Positions 37,757-48,532 of a stretch of 64,000 bases of DNA are shown here, piece by piece. Position numbers and translations under genes: made by a program. Numbering within the stretch: position 1 is the first letter of the stretch; the number at the start of each line of letters is the position of its first letter. The notes beneath the pieces were generated by a model. It did no database searches. It was not told the origin of the DNA and worked only from the letters and a program-made list of their open reading frames with translations. The DNA lies in assembly GCA_900542055.1 (NCBI GenBank), contig UQMA01000002.1, forward strand, positions 5,070-69,069, written 5' to 3'. The DNA is from an uncultured Azospirillum sp. Lineage in GTDB: Bacteria; Pseudomonadota; Alphaproteobacteria; RF32; CAG-239.

Positions 37757-37820
37757 CTTCCTTTGATATTTTACTATGTATATTATGTTTTTTTATTTTT
37801 TTGTAAAACAATTTAAAAAA

Positions 37821-37848
37821 GTTCTTGCGATAAGAACAAAAATAGAAC
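37821..37848. promoter_or_regulatory. Alphaproteobacterial-type LexA (SOS) box upstream of recA
   Basis: GAAC-AAAAATA-GAAC direct repeat at 37834-37848, overlapping a GTTC-N9-GAAC palindrome (37821-37837), about 100 nt upstream of recA. Confidence 0.65.
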
Positions 37849-37948
37849 ATATTGTTTTTCAGCGGATAAGTTGAAGTCCTGATTTGTATTTTATTGCAAA
37901 TTGTCGGATAGTAAGCACAGTAAAACAGTAAAAGGAAAATAAACAGAT

Positions 37949-38977
37949 ATGGAAAAAGATAAAGCTCTTGATGCTGCCCTGACCCAAATTGAACGAACTT
38001 TTGGCAAAGGTTCGATTATGAGGCTGGGACAAAACACCAATATTGACATTGAAGCAATTTCTACCGGTTCACTAGGCACTGATATAGCTTTGGGAATCGG
38101 CGGCCTGCCCAAAGGGCGTATTATCGAAATTTATGGTCCGGAAAGTTCGGGTAAAACCACTTTTGCCCTAAGCGTTGTTGCTCAGGCACAGAAAAAAGGC
38201 GGAACCTGCGCATTTGTCGATGCCGAACATGCCTTAGATCCGTCTTACGCAAAAAAAATTGGTGTTGATATAGAAAACTTATTGGTTTCACAGCCTGATT
38301 CGGGAGAACAAGCATTGGAAATCGCCGACACGCTTGTTCGTTCCGGCGCTATTGATGTTTTGGTCGTAGACTCGGTGGCTGCGTTAGTTCCAAAAGCTGA
38401 ATTGGAAGGCGAAATGGGCGACTCCCACATGGGGTTGCAAGCTCGTTTGATGAGTCAGGCTTTACGTAAGTTGACTTCGACAGTGTCGCGCTCTAACACA
38501 TTGATTATTTTCATTAACCAAATCCGTATGAAAATCGGTGTTATGTTTGGAAATCCAGAAACAACTACCGGCGGTAATGCCCTGAAATTTTATGCTTCCG
38601 TACGTCTGGACATTCGCAGAATTGGAGCCATTAAAGATAAAGACGAAGTTATAGGTAGCCAAACCAGAGTTAAAATTGTTAAAAACAAGGTTGCTCCTCC
38701 GTTCAAAACTGTTGACTTTGATATTATGTATGGCGAAGGAATTTCAAAAACCGGTGAATTGATTGATTTGGGCGTTAAAGCAGGATTGGTCGAAAAATCG
38801 GGGGCTTGGTTCTCTTACAAAGGCGAAAAACTCGGACAAGGCCGTGAAAATGCAAAAATTTTCTTGCGCGATCATCCTGATGTAGCCGATGAAATTGAAA
38901 ATAAAATCCGTGCCGATGCCGGTCATCTTACCGTTGAAATGATGGGAGATGACAGCATAACCGAAATAGATGACTAA
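37949..38977 (+). CDS. recA: Recombinase A
   Basis: Full-length RecA ([10 protein letters not shown]1/L2 loops, [15 protein letters not shown]). Confidence 0.98.
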   Translation: MEKDKALDAALTQIERTFGKGSIMRLGQNTNIDIEAISTGSLGTDIALGIGGLPKGRIIEIYGPESSGKTTFALSVVAQAQKKGGTCAFVDAEHALDPSYAKKIGVDIENLLVSQPDSGEQALEIADTLVRSGAIDVLVVDSVAALVPKAELEGEMGDSHMGLQARLMSQALRKLTSTVSRSNTLIIFINQIRMKIGVMFGNPETTTGGNALKFYASVRLDIRRIGAIKDKDEVIGSQTRVKIVKNKVAPPFKTVDFDIMYGEGISKTGELIDLGVKAGLVEKSGAWFSYKGEKLGQGRENAKIFLRDHPDVADEIENKIRADAGHLTVEMMGDDSITEIDD

Positions 38978-39004
38978 AATTCAATTTTGTTTTATGTAAT
39001 TTAG

Positions 39005-39036
39005 TGCACCTCAGAACCTTTCCGAGGTGCATTTTT
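39005..39036 (+). terminator. recA rho-independent terminator
   Basis: TGCACCTC pairs with GAGGTGCA, followed by T5. Confidence 0.8.
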
Positions 39037-39082
39037 ATATCATTGATAATTTTGTCTATTAGCTTAGATGAATGGGAAAGAA

Positions 39083-39309
39083 TGACTCGTAAATTGCCTG
39101 ATGATGTTTTACAGCGCACCCCTGAAGAAAGCAAACGCAACAAAGAAAGAAATATGAAAGATCTCAGAAAAAAACTTAGAGATGGACATAATAATAACAC
39201 AACTGAAGCCCAGACGGCAAAAACTAATACTCAGCAAAATGAGGCAAACAAAAAAGAATTTGACGCTAACCTTATCTATAAAAATAAGAAGAACAACAAC
39301 AGTTTGTGA
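39083..39309 (+). CDS. Possible K/N/E-rich small protein
   Basis: ATG 39083 lies after the recA terminator. The composition is low-complexity with no motif. Confidence 0.2.
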
Positions 39310-39600
39310 TTTTTAGCGAACAAAATCTATTTTGGATTCTTTGATACAAGGTTAAAAATTTTTCGATGGCTTTGTCGAATTCGAAGTCTATAGAATATCT
39401 GTATCTAACAATAAATGTTCCTTTTATATTAGGCAAACTGACTATTCTTATAGCTGCATAAAAACAAGATGTTATAAATGGCAGCAAAGTTTATTATTAA
39501 GTTTGAACTAATAATTTCCTTTAATTGTGGTCAAGTCTTTGAAAATAAGAAATCATTTTAGTTGTGCTGTTATCCTTAAATATATGTTTTATTTAAACTA

Positions 39601-39632
39601 AGAAATCCCCTGAAGTTTTTCAGGGGATTTCT
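39601..39632. terminator. 14-bp hairpin downstream of yebC
   Basis: AGAAATCCCCTGAA pairs with TTCAGGGGATTTCT. There is no long U-run. Confidence 0.5.
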
Positions 39633-39652
39633 TGCTTTGGCTAACGTCAAAC

Positions 39653-40408
39653 TTATTCAGCTTCAAGAGCTTTCATAACATCTTCAGAAAATTCCGCATT
39701 GTGATATACATGCTGAACATCATCGTCATCTTCCAAAGCATCAATAAATTCGAGGAATTTACGAGCTAATTCAACATCTGTTACATCTGTTTTAACAATG
39801 GCTTTCCAGTCCAAACGCGAAGCGGAAGGCGTTCCAAACTGTTTTTCGAGAGCTTCGGTAACAGTTCCCAAATCTTCCGGCAATGTTTCAATTTCGTGAT
39901 TTTCATCATCGCTTACCACATCATTGGCACCAGCTTCAAGAGCGCTTTCAAACATTTTTTCAGCATCTGCAGCTGCCAAAGGATATTTTATATATCCGAT
40001 ATGTTCAAAATTGAAAACAACAGAACCGCTGTCGCCCAAAATACCGCCGCGTTTGCCGAAAATTGTGCGGATATTGCCAACTGTACGGTTTTTGTTATCA
40101 GTCAAAGCCTCAACAATCACAGCAATCTTTCCGGGGCCAAAACCTTCGTAACGCATAGAAACATAATCATCACCGCCGGCAACTTGAGTAGCTTTTGCAA
40201 TAGCGCGCTCAATATTGTCTTTCGGCATGCTTTCGGCGCGTGCAGCCTGAATAGCCAAACGCAAACGAGGGTTTTTATCGGGATCAGGCAAACCTGTCTT
40301 AGCGGCTAATGTAATATCACGAGCCAATTTGGCGAAAACTTTTGCTTTTTTGGCGTCTTGGGCGCCTTTACGATACATAATGTTTTTAAACTGGGAATGT
40401 CCAGACAT
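39653..40408 (-). CDS. yebC: YebC/PmpR-family transcriptional regulator
   Basis: MSGHSQFKNIMYRKGAQDAKKAK... is the canonical YebC N-terminus, and the protein is full length. Confidence 0.93.
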   Translation of the reverse strand: MSGHSQFKNIMYRKGAQDAKKAKVFAKLARDITLAAKTGLPDPDKNPRLRLAIQAARAESMPKDNIERAIAKATQVAGGDDYVSMRYEGFGPGKIAVIVEALTDNKNRTVGNIRTIFGKRGGILGDSGSVVFNFEHIGYIKYPLAAADAEKMFESALEAGANDVVSDDENHEIETLPEDLGTVTEALEKQFGTPSASRLDWKAIVKTDVTDVELARKFLEFIDALEDDDDVQHVYHNAEFSEDVMKALEAE

Positions 40409-40453
40409 TGTAAAATCTCCTACAATCTTCTTATGTTTTTAATCAGAACAATT

Positions 40454-41224
40454 TTATTCAGCAACAATCATATACTCTAACTTTGAGTCATTAGCGCTAA
40501 ACACTTTAATTTTTACACCGGCTATTTCAACAATGCCGGGGGCGTTTTCAAAACTATAATTTGTAAATTCGCCGGTAGCTCCGCCCGCATCATAATTCAT
40601 AAGCGTAAATGTGATAACATCATTTGCTACGCCTTCGAATTTGATTTCGAACCCTTTAACCATATCGCTTTGCAGCATACGGCTTTTGGTTACAGGTTCA
40701 AACTTGAAATTTTCGGGAGTAATGAAAAATTTTTCTTCAATCAAAACCAATTTATCACCGCGAATAGTGCCTAAATGTTTTTGCAGAACATAGTTTTCAT
40801 CAACCAAAATAACATAAGCCGGACTGCCCGACGCAATCAGATAATAATCGACGCCGTCAATATCAACTTGACCGATTACATCATACTTTTTGCCTCCGCT
40901 GATTTCTACCGGAGAAAGAACCGACGTCATCTTGGCGTTGGTTGGTGCAATCAGCGATTCCTGAACATAGTAATTTTTCATATAACTTTTTGTGTCTGCA
41001 ATGGGATATCCTTTGTAGGCCGTCAAAAGCTTGTTAGCCTTAAAGCTTGAATCGTGTAAAGTTTCAGTGCCTGCCAGCTGTTCGGTCTTTTTATCAAGAT
41101 ATTTAATCTGATAGCCGTTCAAACCGGAAACAAAGTCGGCTCTCTGCGGAAAAAGAGAAACATCTCCGGCGTAAATACAACCGTTTAAACATAAAACTAT
41201 ACCCAATATTTTTAAAGCTTTCAT
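40454..41224 (-). CDS. Hypothetical lipoprotein
   Basis: MKALKILGIVLCLNGC contains a lipobox. Confidence 0.55.
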   Translation of the reverse strand: MKALKILGIVLCLNGCIYAGDVSLFPQRADFVSGLNGYQIKYLDKKTEQLAGTETLHDSSFKANKLLTAYKGYPIADTKSYMKNYYVQESLIAPTNAKMTSVLSPVEISGGKKYDVIGQVDIDGVDYYLIASGSPAYVILVDENYVLQKHLGTIRGDKLVLIEEKFFITPENFKFEPVTKSRMLQSDMVKGFEIKFEGVANDVITFTLMNYDAGGATGEFTNYSFENAPGIVEIAGVKIKVFSANDSKLEYMIVAE

Positions 41225-41320
41225 ACCATATTCTCTTCAAAAAGTTTTTATAATTTTTAACTTTTATATACTATAAACTTTATTTAGTAAACAACAGATT
41301 GACATTTATAGGATTTTTTT

Positions 41321-42199
41321 ATGCAGAAAACATACGGTAACAGTTGGAAAATTATCTTTGAACCGCAAACTTCGGGCAATACAATGTTTGATGAGTTTGC
41401 CGAAAGTTTTTTTGAAGTTGTAACTATCGACTATAATGATGATGGATTGGAAATATACAGCGGCTATTTACCGCATGAACCAGATGAAAAATTATTGAAA
41501 AAATCTGCCGAAAATTTCGGCATTAAATTGCCTGAATACAGCTGCGAATTTATTCCCGCCGCCAATTGGCTGACCAAAAACGTAATAAAATTTCCACCGA
41601 TTGAAACTGATGATTTTTTGATTTACGGCAGCCATGAAGAAAACAGACCTCAAACAGACAAATTAGCCATACGCATTTACGCAGCAACAGCTTTTGGCTC
41701 CGGACAACATCAAACAACGCGTTCCTGTCTGAAATTGCTGAGTTTGCTTAATGCACAAGGTTTCAAAGCCCAAAACATTTTGGATATGGGGTGCGGTTCT
41801 GGAATTTTGGCACTGTCTGCCTGCAGCTTGTGGAAAAACGCTAAAGCATTGGGTGTTGATATTGATGATGAAGCAGTTGCCGTCACGCTTCAAAATGCAG
41901 CCGATAATGAGCTGTCTGAAAGAGTTCATGCCGTGCAAAGCAATGGTTATTCTAATCCGCAAATTGCCCAACATGCTCCTTTTCAACTTATTTTCGCCAA
42001 TATTTTAGCCCGTCCGTTAATTGAAATGGCTCCTGATTTATCCGAAAACTTAGTTTCAGGCGGATATGCTGTTCTTTCAGGTTTTACGGATGAACAGTTT
42101 GATTGGGTCACTGAAACCTATCGTCCATATGGTTTGCTTGTTAAAGAAATAGTTGCAGATGAAAATTGGCGTGCAGCTTTATTGGAGAAAACAAAATGA
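41321..42199 (+). CDS. prmA: Ribosomal protein L11 methyltransferase
   Basis: FGSGQHQTTRSCL and DMGCGSGILAL. Confidence 0.9.
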   Translation: MQKTYGNSWKIIFEPQTSGNTMFDEFAESFFEVVTIDYNDDGLEIYSGYLPHEPDEKLLKKSAENFGIKLPEYSCEFIPAANWLTKNVIKFPPIETDDFLIYGSHEENRPQTDKLAIRIYAATAFGSGQHQTTRSCLKLLSLLNAQGFKAQNILDMGCGSGILALSACSLWKNAKALGVDIDDEAVAVTLQNAADNELSERVHAVQSNGYSNPQIAQHAPFQLIFANILARPLIEMAPDLSENLVSGGYAVLSGFTDEQFDWVTETYRPYGLLVKEIVADENWRAALLEKTK

Positions 42200-43884
42200 A
42201 TTTACATGAAATACAAAAAAATTTGACAACAGATGCCATGCTCGTTTTTCGTAACAATCATTTCTTAGGGCAGGATATTTTAGATACCGAAAATCAAATT
42301 TCGGCATTAACGGGCTTTGACGGCTCAGCCGGAACTTTGCTTATAACCCGCAAAAAAGCTTTTTTGTTTGTAGACGGACGTTATGAAATTCAGTCAAAAC
42401 AACAAACCAATCCAGAAGATGTTACCGTTATTGTTGAAAGTCCGGCGCAAAACATCTTTCAATGGATGAGAGATTATTTGCCGCAGTTGTCCATAGCATT
42501 TAATCCATGGCAAATTTCAATATCCGAACTTCAAAATTTTAAAAATGCGCTTCCGAATGCAGTTTTTGTTCCACAGCCTGTTTTAGTTTCAACAGGCAGA
42601 GCTGCGGCATTTAATCACGATATACAATATGCGGGAAAATCCGCTGAAGAGAAAATCAAAGACATTGCCAAACAAACGGCTATCAGCGGTGCAGATGCAG
42701 TTTTTTTTGCTGCTGCCGACAGTGTTTCGTGGCTCACAAATCTGCGTTCTAACGCACTGCCGGAAACCCCTATTCTCAGAGCTATGGCGCTTTTGAACAA
42801 AGAAGGAAAAATAACTTTATTTACGGATAATGTCCGCTTGCCTTCCGATTGCCGTTTTGAAAAAAAAACTTTAGCTAAAATTAAAAGCACACTCAAAGAA
42901 TATGCCGGAAAAAAGCTTAATCTCGATTTCAAATCGACGCCGGCAGCACTTGTCGACATTTGTACAAAATTAAATATAAAAATTCTAAATCATATTGACA
43001 GTTGCGCTTTTGCAAAAGCTCAAAAAAACGAAATCGAGCTCCAAGGCATAACCGACGCCCACTTGCATGACGGAATCGCCATGTGTCGTTTTTTATCATG
43101 GTTTGATAAAAATCATCAAGGAAAAACAGAAATGGACATTGTCCATAAACTGCTGAGTTTTCGTAAAAAACAGCCTCTTTTTCATTCTGTAAGTTTCGGC
43201 ACAATTGCAGGTTCTGCTGAAAATGCCGCAATTATACATTATCAGCCGAATGAAAAACATTTTTCAAAAATAAAAGACAATTCCGTTTTGCTTTTAGACA
43301 GCGGCGGGCAATACCTCAACGGCACCACCGATATTACGCGCACAATTGCCGTCGGAACTCCAACGGATGAAATAAAGCAAAAATTCACTGTGGTTTTGAA
43401 AGCACATATTGCTTTGGCTTCATTACGTTTTCCCCAACACACTTCAGGTGTGCGGCTTGACGCTGTTTGCCGCAGCGTTATGTGGCGTTTCGGATTGGAT
43501 TATAAGCATGGAACCGGACATGGCGTCGGTTGTTTTTTGAATGTGCATGAAGGACCTCAAAACATAGGAGCTTCGGGAAATTCATATTCTATAAAGTCAG
43601 GAATGGTCGTTTCGATAGAACCTGGGTACTATCAAGAAAATGCTTTTGGAATCAGAATCGAAAATCTTGTGAAAGTTGTCGAAGATAAAGAAATTTCCGG
43701 TTTTCTTAAATTTGAACCTTTAACATTGGCCCCTATTGATTTTCGTTTAGTTGATAAATATCTTCTTGATGACGGGGAAATAAAATGGCTTAATAATTAT
43801 CACCACACAGTTTTCAAAAAACTTCAAGACAAACTCAGCAAACAAGATTGCAAATGGTTAGAGAAAGCTTGCGCCCCGTTATAA
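42196..43884 (+). CDS. pepP: Xaa-Pro aminopeptidase (M24B, three-domain type)
   Basis: M24 metal ligands in LLDSGGQY..GTTDITRT, HGTGHGVG and SIEPGYY. I place the start at ATG 42196 after GGAGAA. Confidence 0.88.
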   Translation: MNLHEIQKNLTTDAMLVFRNNHFLGQDILDTENQISALTGFDGSAGTLLITRKKAFLFVDGRYEIQSKQQTNPEDVTVIVESPAQNIFQWMRDYLPQLSIAFNPWQISISELQNFKNALPNAVFVPQPVLVSTGRAAAFNHDIQYAGKSAEEKIKDIAKQTAISGADAVFFAAADSVSWLTNLRSNALPETPILRAMALLNKEGKITLFTDNVRLPSDCRFEKKTLAKIKSTLKEYAGKKLNLDFKSTPAALVDICTKLNIKILNHIDSCAFAKAQKNEIELQGITDAHLHDGIAMCRFLSWFDKNHQGKTEMDIVHKLLSFRKKQPLFHSVSFGTIAGSAENAAIIHYQPNEKHFSKIKDNSVLLLDSGGQYLNGTTDITRTIAVGTPTDEIKQKFTVVLKAHIALASLRFPQHTSGVRLDAVCRSVMWRFGLDYKHGTGHGVGCFLNVHEGPQNIGASGNSYSIKSGMVVSIEPGYYQENAFGIRIENLVKVVEDKEISGFLKFEPLTLAPIDFRLVDKYLLDDGEIKWLNNYHHTVFKKLQDKLSKQDCKWLEKACAPL

Positions 43885-43900
43885 ATTAACGGAGGAATAT

Positions 43901-44362
43901 ATGAAATTTTTAATTACAGCTTTTTTATTTTTGGCTTGGACATTTTCAGTTCAAGCCCAATTTTTGCAAACTCAAGACGAATTCGGACAAGAAAAAAGCC
44001 TGCAGGAATATTTTGCAGCAAACCCGAACAATCGTAATAAATCTATAATTTACGTTTTTTACAACAACAATGGTTGTTATGAATGTCCGCAAGCCATGGC
44101 AATGCTGGAACAAATTTATCAAGCACAATATGCCGACTTATACGGATTTTTTATGATTGATTATAAAAATGACGAGGAGTACGATTTTATTTCCCGATAT
44201 CAGCTTTCCCAACCGCTGGAAGTTGTTTTGTTACGCATTCAGGACGGTGCGGTTTTTGGATATCAAAAAATTGAAAACCTGCAAAATATGACCTCGGACA
44301 CGGTTTCGTTCAAAAACTATGTTACGGAGCAAATAAATTCTTTTTTGGGACACAACGGCTAA
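43901..44362 (+). CDS. Secreted thioredoxin-fold-like protein (CxxC)
   Basis: Signal peptide, then IIYVFYNNNGCYECPQA, a Trx-like beta-strand-CxxC arrangement. Confidence 0.4.
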   Translation: MKFLITAFLFLAWTFSVQAQFLQTQDEFGQEKSLQEYFAANPNNRNKSIIYVFYNNNGCYECPQAMAMLEQIYQAQYADLYGFFMIDYKNDEEYDFISRYQLSQPLEVVLLRIQDGAVFGYQKIENLQNMTSDTVSFKNYVTEQINSFLGHNG

Positions 44363-45321
44363 AAACCGAACAAAGGCTGACCATTGGCCATTTTTATGCT
44401 TTGGCTTTCCATCATTGTGGCAAAATTAAGCTTTCCGCTCTTAATAGCCCCTCTTACCTGACATCCTTGTTCGACATCGGGATTAGCAAACAAAGTGCTC
44501 AAGCGCAGTTTTTTCGGAACTCCGTATAAACGTTGGTGTAAACAGGCCAAAATACTGGTTGACACTAAATCATAGGCCATTTCTTCGGAAACAGTCGATG
44601 CCGCTGCATATTTTACCAATGCATTAATCGCATCCTGAACAGAATTAGCGTGAATCGTCGATAAAACCAAGTGTCCGGATGTTGCTGCCTGCAAAGCTTC
44701 GCTTGCTACATCAGGAGAACGGATTTCACCCAGCATAATATAACGGGGACAGCTACGCAACGCCGATTTTAACGAATCTTTCCAATTTCCGTTTTGAGGT
44801 GTTGTCTGTTTGCACAGCCCCAATTCGCCGTTTGGATTTTTATACACTCCGTCCAAAGGAAGCTCAATAGGATCTTCAATTGTAAAAGCGTAGCCTCCTT
44901 CAGTCATCAGATAATCTTTCAGCAAAGCCCCCAAAGTAGTTGATTTTCCCGAACCAGTGGCACCGGCAACCAATATCAGCCCCGAAGCACGCCCTAATGA
45001 CAGCAAATGGCGCATAATCGGCGCCGGCATACCCAAATCTTTTACGGACGGCACATTCAACGGCATTTTACGAACGCAATATTGCACGCCATGCAGGGCT
45101 ATTGTCCGTTCAACACGATAGCTGTACTTATTATATATAACCAAATAACTCGGAGTGTTTTTATATCCTCTTTCCACAGCTGCCAAAAATTCGGCATAAT
45201 CGTCAAAAGTTACTTCTTTCAATCCGTGTGCTGTTTTGCCGCTCCACATATAAGCCCTCTTTCCGGGAGTTATATATAAATCTGAAAAAACAACTTCATT
45301 TACTGTTGCCATAACTGTCAC
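44359..45321 (-). CDS. PilT/DotB-like secretion-family hexameric ATPase; orphan
   Basis: Walker A VAGATGSGKSTT, Asp box TIEDPIE, Walker B IMLGEIR and His box SGHLVLSTIHAN. Confidence 0.75.
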   Translation of the reverse strand: MTVMATVNEVVFSDLYITPGKRAYMWSGKTAHGLKEVTFDDYAEFLAAVERGYKNTPSYLVIYNKYSYRVERTIALHGVQYCVRKMPLNVPSVKDLGMPAPIMRHLLSLGRASGLILVAGATGSGKSTTLGALLKDYLMTEGGYAFTIEDPIELPLDGVYKNPNGELGLCKQTTPQNGNWKDSLKSALRSCPRYIMLGEIRSPDVASEALQAATSGHLVLSTIHANSVQDAINALVKYAAASTVSEEMAYDLVSTSILACLHQRLYGVPKKLRLSTLFANPDVEQGCQVRGAIKSGKLNFATMMESQSIKMANGQPLFGF

Positions 45322-45443
45322 TCCTAAGAATATTTACGCACAAAATAATAATACTGATATGTTTTTTAGCAAGAAAATTATTTATTGACTTTCAAAAAAA
45401 AAGTTTTAGAAATCAATTCGTTTTTAAAATAGAGGTGATGATT

Positions 45444-46826
45444 ATGCAAAATATGACATCGGGCAAACCGCTCGGATTAATAATAAAATTCGCAATTCCC
45501 TTGTTGCTCAGCAACCTGTTTCAGCAACTCTACAGCATATCCGACATTATTTTGGTCGGACACCTTATCGGGGTTAAAGCTTTGGCTGCCGTCGGCGCCG
45601 CTGCACCGCTGTTTTTCTTTTTAGTTGTTGTCAGCGTTGGTTTTACCAACGGCGTAACCGTTATCCCCGCCCAAAGTTTTGGCGCAAAAAACTTCAAAAG
45701 ACTTCATCGTTCCGTTGCCATGGCTACGATTTTGAGTTTTAGTTTTACTATTTTATTCAGCTGCTTTACTTATTTTTCAATGGATTGCCTACTAGGTTTA
45801 ATGAATGTTCCAACTGAAATTTATGATGATACCAAAAACTTTATGAATGTTATCTGCGCCGGTGTAATTATGATTGTGGCTTTTAACCTTTTATCTGGTT
45901 TTATGCGTGCTTTGGGAGACAGCAAAACTCCTTTATACTTTTTAATTTTCACCACTTTGCTTAACATTGCTTTAAATGTTATTTTCATTTACCATTTTAA
46001 AATGGGGGTAAGAGGTTCGGCTTTGGGAACTGTTGTTGCTATGACGATTGCCGTTGTCTGTTGCCTTGTTTATATGAATAAAAAATTTCCGGTTCTCAAA
46101 CCCGAATCTCAGGACTGGAGAATCAGCGGAAAACTTTGCCGAGAGCATCTGGCTATTGCCGTGCCTATGGCCATTCAATTTTCCATCATTGCATTGAGCG
46201 CCGCCGTTACCCAAACAATTTGCAACAAATTCGGATTTGAAACCATTGCCGCCATGACCGCTGCTTTGCGTATTGAACAGTTGGCTTCGCAGCCTATGGT
46301 TTCGTTCGGTGTAGCCATGTCAACTTATGTTGCTCAAAACTATGGTGCAGGAAGAATTGCCAGAATTCGCAAAGGTGTTTTCGAATGTTCAATGATTTCA
46401 TTGGTTTTAAGTATTGTTCTTGCAATTTTTGTATTTACTTTAGGAGAACAGATTGTCGGCGTATTTGTTCCTAACGAACAGCCTCAGCTCACCGAAACAG
46501 TTATTACAATGGCGCAAAAATATTTAAATATAAGTATTTTGTTCTACTTCTTCTTAGGTCAAATTTTTATTTTCCGCAATTCTTGTCAGGGAATGGGAAA
46601 TTCTATCGCGCCGATGGTTTCGAGTATGATTGAGCTTATAATGCGCGCCTTTGCCGCAATTTATTTGGCTGCACAATTCGGTTTTACCGGTTTGTGTTTT
46701 GCCAGCCCTCTGGCGTGGATCGGCGGAGCAGCAGCTGTTGCAGGAGGATATTTCAAAACCATACGCGGCCTGAGAAAGCGGATTAAAACCGCTTTCCGCC
46801 AAGCTTACAGCAGCGCTGCAGAATAA
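45444..46826 (+). CDS. MATE-family efflux transporter
   Basis: 12-TM profile with a typical MATE N-terminus (KPLGLIIKFAIPLLLSNLFQQLYSISDIILVG). Confidence 0.85.
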   Translation: MQNMTSGKPLGLIIKFAIPLLLSNLFQQLYSISDIILVGHLIGVKALAAVGAAAPLFFFLVVVSVGFTNGVTVIPAQSFGAKNFKRLHRSVAMATILSFSFTILFSCFTYFSMDCLLGLMNVPTEIYDDTKNFMNVICAGVIMIVAFNLLSGFMRALGDSKTPLYFLIFTTLLNIALNVIFIYHFKMGVRGSALGTVVAMTIAVVCCLVYMNKKFPVLKPESQDWRISGKLCREHLAIAVPMAIQFSIIALSAAVTQTICNKFGFETIAAMTAALRIEQLASQPMVSFGVAMSTYVAQNYGAGRIARIRKGVFECSMISLVLSIVLAIFVFTLGEQIVGVFVPNEQPQLTETVITMAQKYLNISILFYFFLGQIFIFRNSCQGMGNSIAPMVSSMIELIMRAFAAIYLAAQFGFTGLCFASPLAWIGGAAAVAGGYFKTIRGLRKRIKTAFRQAYSSAAE

Positions 46827-47814
46827 AAGCGGCTATTGCCAAAAGAAGGGACAGCCCCATTCCGCTGAAAATAACGACAAGCGAACGATCGTCAACGAAA
46901 ACGTTGCTGAAAAACATTTCAACATATTCATTAGCGTGTTTGTAATTGCTTTCCAGATAATACGGAGTAATTTGTTTTACTCCGTTTTCGTTTATATCAA
47001 TAACGACATAGCCGAACTTATGCGGAGCGGAACGCGGTGGCTGCCCTGAAGGCATTAAGGTCAACAAAGGAATACCATCCATATTTTTATTATCGTATTG
47101 ATGAATATGACCGGATAAAAAAAGCGTAATATTTTTATCGGAAATAATTTGTTTTAATTTTGAAAAAGACGGTGTGATCTTTATTTTTTTCTTCCAATTA
47201 TCGGAATTAATGGGAGGAATATGGGTGTATATAATACAATTTTTGTAATGCGGACGGATTTTTTCCAAAATATCTTCCAACCAATCCAATTGAATGCGAG
47301 AATATTCTCCCTCTGAAGAATCAAGAGCTATGAACATTGTGTTTCCGTATGAAAACCAATAATAAGGCTGTCCGAAAGCCGCTTTATACGCCGATTTGTC
47401 AACTCTACCAAAACGGTTGGCTACTTCGTGGTTTCCCGGAATTATATAAAATGGCAGCAAAGAAGCTTCTTCATCCATTTCATTAATCAACCAACGATAG
47501 TGGCTGATATTGCGGTAACGTATCAAATCACCGAGATGCAGCATAAAAGCATTTTTTTCGTCTTTTCCGGCACGACGTAAAATTTCCTCCAACGGACCGT
47601 TTTGAGCTCCTGTATCAGACATTACGGCAAAAGAAAAAGACTCTTTCTCCGGTTCCAATACTTTTCCAGCGGGAACTAAAAAATTGTTTTCTGCCGGCAG
47701 CGCAAAAAATTCTATTGTCAAATCGCGCACGGCAATCAAGCACAATGACAGAAAAAAAGTATAAAAAGCAGCTTTATAAAGCATATTCGGTAAATATTTT
47801 TTTGATATAAACAC
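46783..47814 (-). CDS. Membrane-anchored metallophosphoesterase (calcineurin-like)
   Basis: Contains SDTG, GDL, GNHE and GHIH motifs. TM segments are present at both ends. Confidence 0.75.
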   Translation of the reverse strand: MFISKKYLPNMLYKAAFYTFFLSLCLIAVRDLTIEFFALPAENNFLVPAGKVLEPEKESFSFAVMSDTGAQNGPLEEILRRAGKDEKNAFMLHLGDLIRYRNISHYRWLINEMDEEASLLPFYIIPGNHEVANRFGRVDKSAYKAAFGQPYYWFSYGNTMFIALDSSEGEYSRIQLDWLEDILEKIRPHYKNCIIYTHIPPINSDNWKKKIKITPSFSKLKQIISDKNITLFLSGHIHQYDNKNMDGIPLLTLMPSGQPPRSAPHKFGYVVIDINENGVKQITPYYLESNYKHANEYVEMFFSNVFVDDRSLVVIFSGMGLSLLLAIAAFILQRCCKLGGKRF

Positions 47815-47991
47815 AATTTTTCTCCTAAATCAGGTATAATTTATTGCAATAGAATTTATTCGTCAAGCAAACCTAGTCCACTGTGTAAAATAGTTTTGTC
47901 AAAAAATTTTGTATAAAACTGAAATATGCTATTGAGATTTATTTCAAATAGTATATATTATGTGCAATAAAAAAACTTTAGCGAGGTCAAA

Positions 47992-48474
47992 ATGAAGAAA
48001 TTGTTTGCAACACTTGGCGCTGTATTGGCTACCGCAGCTTGCGCCAACAATAATTATGACTGTGAAGAAACTTATGTTGAAGAACCCTGCCCTTGTCAGG
48101 AACAAGCTCCGGTTCAGGCTTATCAACCGCGTTATGAATATCAGCCCGCACAAGTAGCTTATGTTCAGCAGCAGGCCGCTCCTTGTCAAGGTGAAGTCCG
48201 CACTATGCGCGAACCTGTAGAAGTTGTTTATAAACGCACAACTTACGGCACTGTTTATGAACCAAGACATTTTGAAAATGTTTCTTACGAAAGAGAAACT
48301 GTAAACGGCGCAACTTACAGCAATCAAACTTATGCTCAACCGGTTGTCATCCAAGAAAATGCAACCGTTGCCGAACAAGAATATATTGTTCCGGCTGCTC
48401 AGCCGGCTCCGGCTCCGAAGCAGGCTCCGGCAAAAAAATACAATGGTCCGGTTGTAATTGTTCCCGCACAATAG
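47992..48474 (+). CDS. P/Q/Y-rich lipoprotein
   Basis: MKKLFATLGAVLATAAC contains a lipobox. A strong terminator follows. Confidence 0.6.
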   Translation: MKKLFATLGAVLATAACANNNYDCEETYVEEPCPCQEQAPVQAYQPRYEYQPAQVAYVQQQAAPCQGEVRTMREPVEVVYKRTTYGTVYEPRHFENVSYERETVNGATYSNQTYAQPVVIQENATVAEQEYIVPAAQPAPAPKQAPAKKYNGPVVIVPAQ

Positions 48475-48485
48475 TTGATGTGCAC

Positions 48486-48516
48486 AAAAAACCTCGGTTT
48501 TTCCGAGGTTTTTTTT
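48486..48516. terminator. Rho-independent terminator
   Basis: AAAACCTCGG pairs with CCGAGGTTTT, followed by a T-run. Confidence 0.8.
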
Positions 48517-48532
48517 GTGCTTATTACAGGCC

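Noticed and set aside
39272-39487. A 71-aa minus-strand ORF in the 340-nt gap between recA and yebC; its middle (YSIDFEFDKAIEKF) faintly resembles a RelE/ParE-type toxin N-terminus
   Set aside because: The similarity is too short and weak. There is no antitoxin partner and no SD, and the tail is low-complexity and Cys-rich. I treat the gap as non-coding or decayed.
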